A DNA stretch of 64,000 nucleotides from Planctomycetota bacterium. GTDB taxonomy: Bacteria; Planctomycetota; B15-G4. The position numbers and the translations under genes are program-made. The stretch lies in the NCBI GenBank assembly GCA_965248575.1, contig CBDFJQ010000002.1, forward strand, positions 512,001-576,000. Reading direction: 5' to 3'. A model generated the notes under the pieces. The model was not told where the DNA came from and ran no database searches. It worked only from the letters and a program-made list of their open reading frames with translations. This document shows, in pieces, positions 47,113-56,652 of this stretch; position 1 is the first letter of the stretch, and every line of letters begins with the position of its first letter.

Positions 47113-49104
47113 CTACGAGTCTTGCGGGGCCCCATGCGGGCCCGTGCTGCCGCCTGTGCGAGGAGGGCTCGTGCGCTGTTTCTTGCGCTGAGCTCCAGAG
47201 CGGCCCTTGCCGCGTGCGCGCTGCGGCTGCCCCATGGCGTCTTCCTCGTGAACGAAGCGTTCGGCTTCACGCTGGCGCCGGCCGGCGCGGGCATCCACGG
47301 CTTCCTTGGGTGGTGTGTCCTTGATCAGGCACTGGGGGCCGCGGCCGATGAGGTCTTCTCGCCCCGCGCTCTTCAGGGCGGCAGCCACCTCGAACCAGTT
47401 CTCGGGCTTGAAGAACTGCATCAGCGCCCGTTGCATGCGGCGGTCCTTGAGCTTCCTCGCAACAGGCGAGGGCTTCAGGGTGTGGGGGTCGAGCCCAGTC
47501 CAGTAGGCGGAGGTCGCCAGGTCCATGGGGGCCGGGATGAAGTCCTGGACCTGGCGCGGCCGGTAGCCCGCGCCCTTCAAGAACACGGCCAGCTCGATCA
47601 TGTCTTCTAGAGCGGAGCCGGGGTGCCCCGCGATGAAGTACGGCACCAGATACTGTTCCTTGCCTGCCTCGTCATTGCTCTTGGCGAAGGCGTCGGCGAA
47701 CTGTTCGAAGCTCTCCTGTGGGGGCTTCTTCATGGAGCGCAGCACCCGTGGGCTGACATGCTCGGGCGCCACCTTGAGGTGGCCGCTGACATGGTGCCCG
47801 ACCAGCTCCGCCATGTACTCCGGCGACAGGTTTGCGAGGTCCATGCGCACCCCCGAGGCGACGTGCACATGGCGAACACCGGGGCGCTCTCGGGATTCGC
47901 GCATGAGCTCGATCAACGGGCCGTGATCCGTGCCCAGGTGCCTGCAGATCTTCGGGAACACGCAAGAGAGGCGGTGGCACTTGGCTTCAGTTTCCGGAGA
48001 GCCACAGCGCATGCCGTACATGTTGGCGGTGGGGCCTCCGATGTCGGAGACGACACCCTTGCTGCGTTCGTCGGCCGCGACCTTGTCCACTTCCGCCAGG
48101 ATCGAGGCTTTGCTGCGGGACTGAATCACGCGGCCCTGGTGGGTGGTGATGCTGCAGAAGGAACAGCCGCCAAAGCAGCCGCGCATGATCGTGATGCTCT
48201 GGGCGATCATCTCCTCGGCTGGGATCTTGTCTTTGTAGGACGGGTGCTTCCTGCGCGTGTAGGGGAGGTCGTAGGTCGCGTCCATCTCCGCTTGGCTGAG
48301 GGGCATGGCTGGCGGGTTCTGCACCACCGTGCGATCGCCATGCCGCTGGGTCAGGCGTTGCGCGTTGAACGGATTGGTTTCCCTGTGGATCACACGGGTG
48401 GCCAGGGAGAATGCGATCGGGTCCGCCTTGACCTCTTCAGCTGACGGCAGGCTGGCCGTCGAGTCTTCGCTCGTCGGCGTGCCGTCGGCCAGCATGCGGG
48501 GCGCGAAGGCGGGCAAGCTTTGCGTCTTTCCCAGAAGGTAGGCCGTGCCCCGCACATCTGTCAGGTCTTGCACGGGGCTGCCTTGGTCGAGGCGGCTGAC
48601 GATCTCGGAGATGGCGCGCTCGCCCATGCCGAACACGACGAGGTCGGCCTTGCTGCTCAGCAGGATCGACGGCTTGACCATGTCCGACCAGTAGTCGTAG
48701 TGGGCAAAGCGACGCAGCGACGCCTCCACTCCGCCTGCGATGACCGGCACACCGGGAAAGGCCTCGCGGCAGCGCTGGGCGTACACATTGGTGGCCCTGT
48801 CGGGCCGCAACCCGGGCAGGCCACCCGGGGAATAGGCATCGTCACTGCGCGGCCTGCGATTGGCCGTGTAGTGGTTGATCATGGAATCCATGTTTCCCGC
48901 GGTCACGCCGAAGCAGAGACGAGGGCGTCCGAAGGCACGAAACTCCTCGACGGACTTCCAGTCTGGCTGGGCGAGGATCGCAATCCGCCATCCGGCGGCT
49001 TCCAGTGTGCGGCCGATGATCGCGGCCGCGAAGGAAGGATGGTCGACGTACGCGTCGCCTGAGACCAGGACGACGTCGACGGAATCCCAGCCGCGCCGAG
49101 CCAT
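47113..49104 (-). CDS. YgiQ family radical SAM protein
   Basis: SGDAYVDHPSF, AGNMDSMINHYT, GGVEASLRR, RGCFGGCSFC, GGPTANMY, LKVAPEH, PYFIAGHPG, QVQDF.P. Confidence 0.92.
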   Translation of the reverse strand: MARRGWDSVDVVLVSGDAYVDHPSFAAAIIGRTLEAAGWRIAILAQPDWKSVEEFRAFGRPRLCFGVTAGNMDSMINHYTANRRPRSDDAYSPGGLPGLRPDRATNVYAQRCREAFPGVPVIAGGVEASLRRFAHYDYWSDMVKPSILLSSKADLVVFGMGERAISEIVSRLDQGSPVQDLTDVRGTAYLLGKTQSLPAFAPRMLADGTPTSEDSTASLPSAEEVKADPIAFSLATRVIHRETNPFNAQRLTQRHGDRTVVQNPPAMPLSQAEMDATYDLPYTRRKHPSYKDKIPAEEMIAQSITIMRGCFGGCSFCSITTHQGRVIQSRSKASILAEVDKVAADERSKGVVSDIGGPTANMYGMRCGSPETEAKCHRLSCVFPKICRHLGTDHGPLIELMRESRERPGVRHVHVASGVRMDLANLSPEYMAELVGHHVSGHLKVAPEHVSPRVLRSMKKPPQESFEQFADAFAKSNDEAGKEQYLVPYFIAGHPGSALEDMIELAVFLKGAGYRPRQVQDFIPAPMDLATSAYWTGLDPHTLKPSPVARKLKDRRMQRALMQFFKPENWFEVAAALKSAGREDLIGRGPQCLIKDTPPKEAVDARAGRRQREAERFVHEEDAMGQPQRARGKGRSGAQRKKQRTSPPRTGGSTGPHGAPQDS

Positions 49105-49148
49105 GTCTCGGGGGCTGAGGGGCAGCGGCGAGTCCGCTACGGCACTCG

Positions 49149-49280
49149 TTAGCTGAGACTACGGCCGCGAGCCCGACGCCGGCGGATGATCCGGCGGCCG
49201 CCCACGGTCTTCATACGCGTAAGGAACCCGAGCTTGCGGCCCCGCTTGGTGTTGCTGTTGCGCGTTCTGACTTTGGTCAT
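49149..49280 (-). CDS. rpmH: 50S ribosomal protein L34 (43 aa), not in the ORF track
   Basis: MTKVRTRNSNTKRGRKLGFLTRMKTVGGRRIIRRRRARGRSLS*, matching the KR.R..GF..RM.T..GR....RRR..GR pattern; AGGAG upstream. Confidence 0.9.
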   Translation of the reverse strand: MTKVRTRNSNTKRGRKLGFLTRMKTVGGRRIIRRRRARGRSLS

Positions 49281-49510
49281 GGGTGACTCCTGCTCCGAAT
49301 CCAGCGCCTGTGGTGATGAGGACCCTCGACTTGGAGGCTTTCAGGCGGCCCGGCATCCTACGCAAGGCGAGGGGCCAGTCGCAAGCTTCCCGAGACGGGA
49401 GAATGCACCTCGCCCTGGACTCCGATTGGTACCCGGAGAACTGCCCGGTTCAGCGCCCAGCCCAGAGCCAGGCTGAGGGCCTCAAGGCGAGGAAGGCATC
49501 AGGGCCATCC

Positions 49511-51283
49511 CTACTCGACGTAGAGGCCCCAGAGGTTGCTCACGCTGTCAAAGGCCTGTCCTGCAGTCAGTGTCAGGGCCTGTGTCGGGAATCGCAGACC
49601 GATGAGCGCCGGGTCATTAGGGACCGTGTTGACGAAACCCACGTCCCCGGAAGCATCCAGCGCAAAGAGCCTCACGAAGGATGGGGGGAGCGGCGACGCG
49701 GTGATGGTCACGCTGCCCACGGGGATGAACAGCTCACTCAGCGACACGATGAAGTACGTGAGGCTGCTGCTGGGTGGGGCATCGATGGAAACCGAGATGG
49801 AACTGCCTGCCACCACAGGGTTGGGCGAGGTCTCGAGCACCGTCGTCCAGAGAGGGTCATGCTTGACGCGGACATCCAGGGTTGAGTTTGGAGGCACATC
49901 CACCAGCAGGGAGCCGTCCGAAGGGTTCGAGTCCACGCCCGTGATCAAGGCGTTCGTACTGAAGTCGTGCAGGCGACTGGGGGAGCTCGTGAAACCGGTC
50001 AGCTTCAGCCGGAAGCCCTGGTCGTCGGCGGACGTCGCCGTGAGCCGCATGGGCAAGGAGGTGATGCCGGCCTCACCCACGTTGACTTCGACCATCGAGG
50101 CGTTTTCGACGTTGCTCAGGGTGATGTGCTTCGCCGGGACGCTGGTGTCGCCATCCACGTTCACGAACTGACCAGCGGTGGCCTGGGTGGTGGTGACGTA
50201 GGACACCTTGGTGCCAGCAGCTTGCCGGGAGTAGAAGGTCGACGGGTAGCGGTCGACGCTGACGCCATCGAAGTAATCGAAGAGAGCGTCCTCATCGAGC
50301 ACGTACCAGGAGTGAGGCACCATGATCGACGGGTCGGGGGGATAGACCGTGCCCGCCACCACCGCCTTGAGCACGCTGTTGCCGACGCTTGCCATATTCA
50401 TTTGGAGGTCATCATTGACGTGTGGAACGTGCAGGATGAAATCCAGCACGTCGTACGTCATGTAGATGGGCAGATTGCTGAGGTTCTGAGCCAGGGATGA
50501 CTCCTCCACGATGGTCCCTGGGGTGGGCGGGTAACTCGCCTCATCTTCGTAGAGCACGCTGGCAGACAGGTAGTCGAAGAGGTTCGAGCTCGGCGGGCCG
50601 CTGAAATTGAAGGGGTTCTCCATCCAAGTCTGGAGCTGGGGGATGCCGAGGTTGTATTCCATGGCCCAGTCGACGGTGGAGCTCACGAGGCCGATGCCGG
50701 CGATCATGATGTCGGTCGGGTCGCGATGGATGGCGGCGAAGTTGGCGCTGATGCCACCGCCAACCGAGAAGCCCACCATGAAGAGGCGGTCTTCATCGAC
50801 GTTGAAGTTGTTGATCATCCATTGGATGGCGGCCTTGGTGTTCTGCTGTGAGAGAGGCGTTCCGAACAGTTGATCGTCGAGCCCCGTCACGGACAGGTAG
50901 ATCCAGCCTCGCTCGTTGGCTTCCTCATCAACCATCGATTGATTGCCGGAGCTGGCTGCTGAACCACCGAAGCCGTGGTAGGCAAGGATCAGCGGATAGG
51001 GGGCACCCAATTCCGAGTAGCCATCCGGCAGTTGGTATTGGATCGGCTCGCCGTAACCCGTGCCGGTGAAGGACGCGGGCAGGGTGGCCGACACCAAGGA
51101 CGCCGAGATCGTTCCAGCGGGCGGCAGGTCCAACCGGTCTGCGAAGAAGATGCTGTCGATCGGACCGAACTTCGGCACGGCTGGAAGCGGTGCGAATCCA
51201 AGGTCGGGGCGGGCTGGTTCAAGTTGTTGAGCGACGGCACTCGAACAAATCAAAGTGCACGTGATCAGAAGGGTGCGAAGCAT
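49511..51283 (-). CDS. Secreted alpha/beta serine hydrolase, paralog 1
   Basis: Signal peptide; AYHGFGG, nucleophile elbow GFSVGG, VPHSW; C-terminal ~105-aa domain. Confidence 0.78.
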   Translation of the reverse strand: MLRTLLITCTLICSSAVAQQLEPARPDLGFAPLPAVPKFGPIDSIFFADRLDLPPAGTISASLVSATLPASFTGTGYGEPIQYQLPDGYSELGAPYPLILAYHGFGGSAASSGNQSMVDEEANERGWIYLSVTGLDDQLFGTPLSQQNTKAAIQWMINNFNVDEDRLFMVGFSVGGGISANFAAIHRDPTDIMIAGIGLVSSTVDWAMEYNLGIPQLQTWMENPFNFSGPPSSNLFDYLSASVLYEDEASYPPTPGTIVEESSLAQNLSNLPIYMTYDVLDFILHVPHVNDDLQMNMASVGNSVLKAVVAGTVYPPDPSIMVPHSWYVLDEDALFDYFDGVSVDRYPSTFYSRQAAGTKVSYVTTTQATAGQFVNVDGDTSVPAKHITLSNVENASMVEVNVGEAGITSLPMRLTATSADDQGFRLKLTGFTSSPSRLHDFSTNALITGVDSNPSDGSLLVDVPPNSTLDVRVKHDPLWTTVLETSPNPVVAGSSISVSIDAPPSSSLTYFIVSLSELFIPVGSVTITASPLPPSFVRLFALDASGDVGFVNTVPNDPALIGLRFPTQALTLTAGQAFDSVSNLWGLYVE

Positions 51284-51421
51284 CGGAGTTAACCCTGGTG
51301 TGCCGGAGAGTGAGCCCAGCCTGACCTGGCCAACCCGCTTCCCGGAGGGGGTTCGGGGCCCGGCTGGGATCTGAGCTCAAGGGATGCTACCGGGACTCCG
51401 CGCCCCGGCGACCCCCACAGT

Positions 51422-52462
51422 CTAGACCAAATCGTCGCTGTGAGGCGGCGCTGGTGTTCCGCTTTCCCGCTGAGACGTCTCTGATGACGAATGAGCACAG
51501 TGGCGCTCGAGCTGGGCCAGGAAGACGGCCAGGTCGTCGGGCACTGGCGCCTCGACGACCAGCGACCCCCAGCAAAACCGGGTGGCATGCAGGGCGGGGC
51601 GGGAGCAGATGGCTCGCTCGGGTTGGCCCCGCTTGGGCCTGTATTTGAGCTTGAGCTGGCTGAGCTGGACGCGATCGTCCTCGCCGTAGAGCTTGTCACA
51701 GGCCACTGGATGCCCGCTGAGAGCGAGGTGGGCACGAATCTGATGGCTGCGGCCCGTGTCCGTTGCCCAGAGCCGGAGCAGGCTGTAGCCGCGGAACCGG
51801 CGCTCAAGCGCCCACTCCGTCACGCTGGGTCGGCCGTGCTTCGGGTCGGCGATCATCTTGGCGTCGCTCTTGCGCCGCTTGCCGAGCGAGACGTCCATCC
51901 GGCCGCTGGTCTCTCGCAGTTCGCGGCGAATCACGGCCAGATACTCCATGCGTGCTTCGCCGGCGCGGAAGGCAGCGGCCAGCCGTTCCTCTGCGGCGCG
52001 GTTCTTGGCCGTGACCACGAGGCCCGAGGTGTCCTTGTCGAGGCGGTGTACGGGGCGCAGGCGCCCGCATTCAGGCGGCAGGAAGGATGCCATGCGTTCC
52101 ACGGCCGAGCGGCCAGAGCCCGCACGACTGGCATCGAAGGGCAAACCGCTGGGCTTGGCAGCGACGAGGAAGTCATCGTCCTCGTGCAGCAAGACGAGGG
52201 CCTCGCTGGCCGTGCGCGACAGCTCCGCAAGGTCGAGGTTGAAATGCACTTGATCACCCATCCTGAGGGTGACCGAGGGCCCTGCGGGCTCGCCGTTCAG
52301 GAGGAACGCCCCCTCCTTCGCCGCGCTGGCGACGAGGCGTCGATCCAGCGGCCCCGCCAAGGCGTCTAGATACTTCAGAAGGGAGCTTCCCTGCTGTTCT
52401 CGAGTGACCTCGAGATACGTTTCCAATCCGACCCCATGAGGGTCTGATGCGCCTTCCTTCAC
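51422..52462 (-). CDS. RluA-family pseudouridine synthase (RluD-like, with S4-like N-terminus)
   Basis: KPSGLP, VHRLDKDTSG, TGRSHQIRAHL, D.LYG, RPALHA. Confidence 0.9.
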   Translation of the reverse strand: MKEGASDPHGVGLETYLEVTREQQGSSLLKYLDALAGPLDRRLVASAAKEGAFLLNGEPAGPSVTLRMGDQVHFNLDLAELSRTASEALVLLHEDDDFLVAAKPSGLPFDASRAGSGRSAVERMASFLPPECGRLRPVHRLDKDTSGLVVTAKNRAAEERLAAAFRAGEARMEYLAVIRRELRETSGRMDVSLGKRRKSDAKMIADPKHGRPSVTEWALERRFRGYSLLRLWATDTGRSHQIRAHLALSGHPVACDKLYGEDDRVQLSQLKLKYRPKRGQPERAICSRPALHATRFCWGSLVVEAPVPDDLAVFLAQLERHCAHSSSETSQRESGTPAPPHSDDLV

Positions 52463-52463
52463 G

Positions 52464-54344
52464 TCATGAGCTGATGTAGAGGCCCCAGAGATTACTCACC
52501 GTCTGCAGCACGCCGCCGGCGTCCGTGGTGACTACCTGGGTTGGGAAACGGAAGCCCACGATCGATGGATCGTTGGGCACGATCTGGCCGAAAATGATGT
52601 CACCCGACGCGTTGAGCGGCAAGAACTGAATGAGGGCCGGGGGCGCAGGGAAGGCCGTCATCGTGATGGCGCCGATGGGGGTCAGAAGCTCGGACAACGA
52701 AACCACCATGTACGCGTTGGTGTCGCCCGCGGGTCCATCGATGTGGACGGTGACCATGTCACCGGCCGAGACGGGGTTGGGCGAGGTCGTCAGCTCGGTG
52801 ACCCAGAGCGGGTCATGAATGACCCGCACATCGATGCTGCTCAAGCCCGCCACGTCCAACGACAAGGAGCCGTTTACGGGGTCTGAATCCACCAGGGTCA
52901 CCAGGGCGCTCGTGCCTGGCACGACAAGGCGGCTGGGGGTGTTCGGGAAGCCCTTCAAGACGACGCGCGTGCTTCCCAAACTCGAGTTGGTCACCTGGAT
53001 GCGGTACGGCATCGCGCCGGTGAGGCCAGCTTCAGCCGCGTCGATTTCCAGGGTTGTTGCGTTGGTGAGGCTCGACACGGTGATCAACTTCGCGGGGACA
53101 ACCACCTCCCCATCAATGTAGACGAACTGGTCATCCCGTAGCTGGGTCGTGGAGGCCCAGGAGACGGGGCCACCGAGGTCTTGCTGCGCCTCGAACTCAT
53201 CAGGCGTGCGATCCACGCTGAGTCCGTCGAAGAAGTCGAAGAGATCGACTTCGTCGAGCACGGCCCAGGAGTGCGGGGCAGGAACCGACGGCGGACCGGG
53301 GAGCACTGTGCCCGTCACGATGGTCTTCTGCACGGAGGCACCCAGGGTGTTCAGCTCGCTCTCGAGCTGATCGCAGATGACGGGCACCTGGCTCAGGGTG
53401 TCTTGGCTGTCGTAGGTGATGTAGGTCGGCACGCTGGCGAGGTTCGTCACCATGCTCTTGGAGGAGTCTGGTGAAGCCAACCACAACGGGGGGTAGGAGC
53501 CCGTGCTGTTGAAGATCGCGCTGGCCGCCTGGTATCCGAACTGCTTGGTGCCTGGCGGGCCGTCGAAGTTGTAGGGGTTCTCCATCCAGGCCTGCAGGTT
53601 GGCATCCCCGATGGTGTATTCCATCGTCCAATCGCCGGAGGCGGAGACGAGGCCCAGGCCGGCGATCATGACGCCGGCGGGGTCGCGGTGGCGCGCCGCG
53701 AAGTTGACGCTGATGCCCGCGCCCGCCGAGAAGCCGACCAAGTACAGGCGGTCGGGGTCCACGTTGAAGTTGTTCAACATGTACTCGATGGCGGCGTACG
53801 TGTTCTGCTGCGAGATGGCCGCGCCGAACAACTGGTCGTCCAGGCCGGTCACGGAGAGATACATCCAGTCGCGGTTGTTCGCTTCCTCGTCCAGGGTGGA
53901 CTGGGCGGCGACACTGGCGGCGGAGCCCCCGTAGCCGTGGTAGGCGACGACCATGGGGTGCGGCGTGCCGACAGCGCTGTAGTTGTCAGGCAGTTGGTAG
54001 TCGATGAACTCCTCGAAGCCCGTGCCCGTCAGCTCCTTGGGCACCTGGAAGTTCACGATGGTGGCGTTCTGGGTGTTGCCGCTCGGGAGCATCGCGCCGT
54101 AGGGCAAGCGGTCCGCGTAGAACAGCGAGTTCCGCGGGCTGCCGGCCGTGATGGCAGGCAGGGGCGGGAATCCAAGGGTCCCGGTCGCGGCGATACGCTT
54201 CTGGCGAGCCAGGGCATCGACGGCATTGCCGTCCACCAAGGTGCCAGCGAGAGGCGGAGAGCCGCCTAGGGTCTGTGCGGTAGCCGGGGAGGCGGCAGCC
54301 AGCAGAGCCAAGAAGGCCACGAGAATCAGCTTGGATCGGACCAT
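52464..54344 (-). CDS. Secreted alpha/beta serine hydrolase, paralog 2
   Basis: Signal MVRSKLILVAFLALLAAASPATA; AYHGYGG, GFSAGA, APHSW; same C-terminal domain. Start 54344 or 54353. Confidence 0.78.
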   Translation of the reverse strand: MVRSKLILVAFLALLAAASPATAQTLGGSPPLAGTLVDGNAVDALARQKRIAATGTLGFPPLPAITAGSPRNSLFYADRLPYGAMLPSGNTQNATIVNFQVPKELTGTGFEEFIDYQLPDNYSAVGTPHPMVVAYHGYGGSAASVAAQSTLDEEANNRDWMYLSVTGLDDQLFGAAISQQNTYAAIEYMLNNFNVDPDRLYLVGFSAGAGISVNFAARHRDPAGVMIAGLGLVSASGDWTMEYTIGDANLQAWMENPYNFDGPPGTKQFGYQAASAIFNSTGSYPPLWLASPDSSKSMVTNLASVPTYITYDSQDTLSQVPVICDQLESELNTLGASVQKTIVTGTVLPGPPSVPAPHSWAVLDEVDLFDFFDGLSVDRTPDEFEAQQDLGGPVSWASTTQLRDDQFVYIDGEVVVPAKLITVSSLTNATTLEIDAAEAGLTGAMPYRIQVTNSSLGSTRVVLKGFPNTPSRLVVPGTSALVTLVDSDPVNGSLSLDVAGLSSIDVRVIHDPLWVTELTTSPNPVSAGDMVTVHIDGPAGDTNAYMVVSLSELLTPIGAITMTAFPAPPALIQFLPLNASGDIIFGQIVPNDPSIVGFRFPTQVVTTDAGGVLQTVSNLWGLYISS

Positions 54345-54660
54345 GGGATCCATCCGTTTACGGAGTGCGGGATTGAGTTTGCCGAGGGCCAAGGGACCGG
54401 GATTCGGGTCTGAACGGTCGAGAGGCCGGTGGCAGTCTACCCCCGACTTCAAGCTTCCACCAGATGGGCAGCGGCTTGTGAATTGGCTCATGGCACTGAA
54501 TCCGGGGTTTGAATCGCAATTTGGAAGGCGTGTGGCGTGTCTCATGAAGGCTCTCAGCCGCTGGAGTGAGGGCAGGAACCTGGGGCTGCCAAACGACCCA
54601 GCTCAAGCGAAGCCGAGCGTGAAAGGGGCTCGCGGAGGCCGGGTCGAAGCCTCTATCGGC

Positions 54661-56502
54661 CTAATTCACGTCCAGGGCGTAGGGATTGCTGGTGTCGTGG
54701 ACCCAGCCCCCGGGGCCCAGGAGTGCTCCCTGCAGCGAGAGCCGGAGGCCTGTCAGGGAGGGGTCGGACGGCATGCTCAGCTTCAGCAGCAGTTTTCCGG
54801 AGGCATCCAGGGGCAGGGGCTGGATCAGAGCTGGAAAAGCTGGGGACACCACCAGCAGCGTGCCGGGGCCCAGGGGCAGCAGCTGCTCTTCAAGTGACAG
54901 GACGGTCCAGAGAGTGTCGGGGCCGCTGGTCGCCTGGACCGCCAGCTGGAAGGAGCCTCCCAGCGGCACGGGGTCTGGGCTCAAGCTCAGCCGGGTCTCC
55001 CACGGAGCAGCGCGGTAGGCGAGAGAGGCGGTCGAGGAGGCCGGAACCGCGACGAGCGTCCGGTCGCTATCGGGCCACCACTCGGTGTTCTCCGCCAGCT
55101 CACCCGAGGCGCTGGTGAAGTACCCCGGCAGTTCGTCAACCTTCTCCACGCCCACGAGAAGCTGCCGGGCATCTGGCGCAACGGCTGTCAGCGAGAGCAC
55201 GTCTTGCTTGTTCAGCCCGGCCGGCCCGAGGCGGAACACCACGCTGCTCACATTCTTACTCTCTGCCAGAGCCAGGCTGCGCGTGGCGGTGTCGACATTT
55301 GCGCGGACCGAGCCGAAGGTGTCGGGCAGGGCGAGCTCGACATCGAGGAAGGAGATGGGTTGGTCCGAGGCCAGCAAGACGTCAAGCGCATGAGGCGCGC
55401 GCTGGACGACATGGCCCTCCAGGAAGTCGACGAGGGCGACGGGGTCCATGACGGCCCAGGAGTGCGTCGCCGCACTTCCGTCTGCTGGGTTCAGCGTCCC
55501 CGTCACGGGATGCGACGACACCGTGCCGCCTCTTGCCTGCAGCAGGGTCACGAGTCTCGCACTCTGATCGGGCAAGCTGATCAAGGTGTCTGCCTCGTCC
55601 CAGCCGATCCATGCCGGGGTGTTCTCGAGATTCCAGCCCAGACTCCTGGGCGCCGTCACACTGCCGGGAAGCGGCGGGTAGCTGCCCGCATCGTGGTAAA
55701 GGGTTGACGTCGCCTGATAGGCAAAGACGTCGCTGCTGGGGGAGGTGCCGAAGTTGTTGGGGTTCAACATCCACGCGCGAATGGACGGGTCGAGCGTGTA
55801 GGCCATGGCCCAATCGTAGGACCCGGACACCAACCCCAAGGCTGCGAGCATGATGCCATCAGGGTCCCGATGCGTGGCCGCATAGTTGGCGGCGATGCCG
55901 GCGCCGAGCGAGAAGCCCACCATGTACAAGCGATCGGGATCGATGCTGTAGGTGTCGAGCATGTACTGGATCACGGCGTCGACGTTCTGTTGGCAGAGTT
56001 CGGTCCCAAAGAGCTGGTCGTCGAGGCCCGTGACCGACAGGTAGAACCATCCTCGTGCCGCGCAGAGTTCATCCAAGAGCGTCTGCTTCGCCACGCTGGC
56101 CGCTGAACTCCCGAAGCCGTGATACGCGATCAGCATGGGCGCCGCGGCATCGCTCGGGCTGTAGCCGGGCGTCAGTTGGTAGGCGTACGGTTCGGCGTAA
56201 CCCGTTCCCGTGTAGGACTGATTGAGAATCGCCTCGATGGGCGAGACGCTGGACACGGCCAGGCTGGCCTGTTGAGCCGCATCGGGTCGAACCTCGATCC
56301 GATCGATGTCGCGCAAGGTGTCCGTGCGCAGATCGGCTCGGAGCAGCGGCAAGGCTGGGAACCCCAACGATGCCGAGGCTCCCTTGGGGGAAACGGGAGG
56401 GGGCCCTGCTTTGGGCTGAATGGAATTTTGCTGGCCCGCAGCAGTCCCCGTTGGGCCGAGGGCGACGCACAGCAAGATCAGCAGTCGGGAGATCCGTCGC
56501 AT
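54661..56502 (-). CDS. Secreted alpha/beta serine hydrolase, paralog 3
   Basis: Signal MRRISRLLILLCVALG; AYHGFGS, GFSLGA, ATHSW; same C-terminal domain. Confidence 0.78.
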   Translation of the reverse strand: MRRISRLLILLCVALGPTGTAAGQQNSIQPKAGPPPVSPKGASASLGFPALPLLRADLRTDTLRDIDRIEVRPDAAQQASLAVSSVSPIEAILNQSYTGTGYAEPYAYQLTPGYSPSDAAAPMLIAYHGFGSSAASVAKQTLLDELCAARGWFYLSVTGLDDQLFGTELCQQNVDAVIQYMLDTYSIDPDRLYMVGFSLGAGIAANYAATHRDPDGIMLAALGLVSGSYDWAMAYTLDPSIRAWMLNPNNFGTSPSSDVFAYQATSTLYHDAGSYPPLPGSVTAPRSLGWNLENTPAWIGWDEADTLISLPDQSARLVTLLQARGGTVSSHPVTGTLNPADGSAATHSWAVMDPVALVDFLEGHVVQRAPHALDVLLASDQPISFLDVELALPDTFGSVRANVDTATRSLALAESKNVSSVVFRLGPAGLNKQDVLSLTAVAPDARQLLVGVEKVDELPGYFTSASGELAENTEWWPDSDRTLVAVPASSTASLAYRAAPWETRLSLSPDPVPLGGSFQLAVQATSGPDTLWTVLSLEEQLLPLGPGTLLVVSPAFPALIQPLPLDASGKLLLKLSMPSDPSLTGLRLSLQGALLGPGGWVHDTSNPYALDVN

Positions 56503-56652
56503 GGAGACAGCAGCTGGGGTCGCAGGGAAGGGGTTCGTCTGCCTCTTCGACCCCTGGCATGCTGCTGCTTGAAGCGGCGTATCGGCGGGGGTGGGTCTTG
56601 GACCGCCCAACCCGGCCCTGACACCAGTGAAGGCAAGTCGTCCTGACAGCCG

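Noticed and set aside
56555..56570. Sigma54-like TGGCATGCTGCTGCT
   Set aside because: The GG-to-GC spacing is 9 rather than 10, and it faces away from the neighbouring genes.
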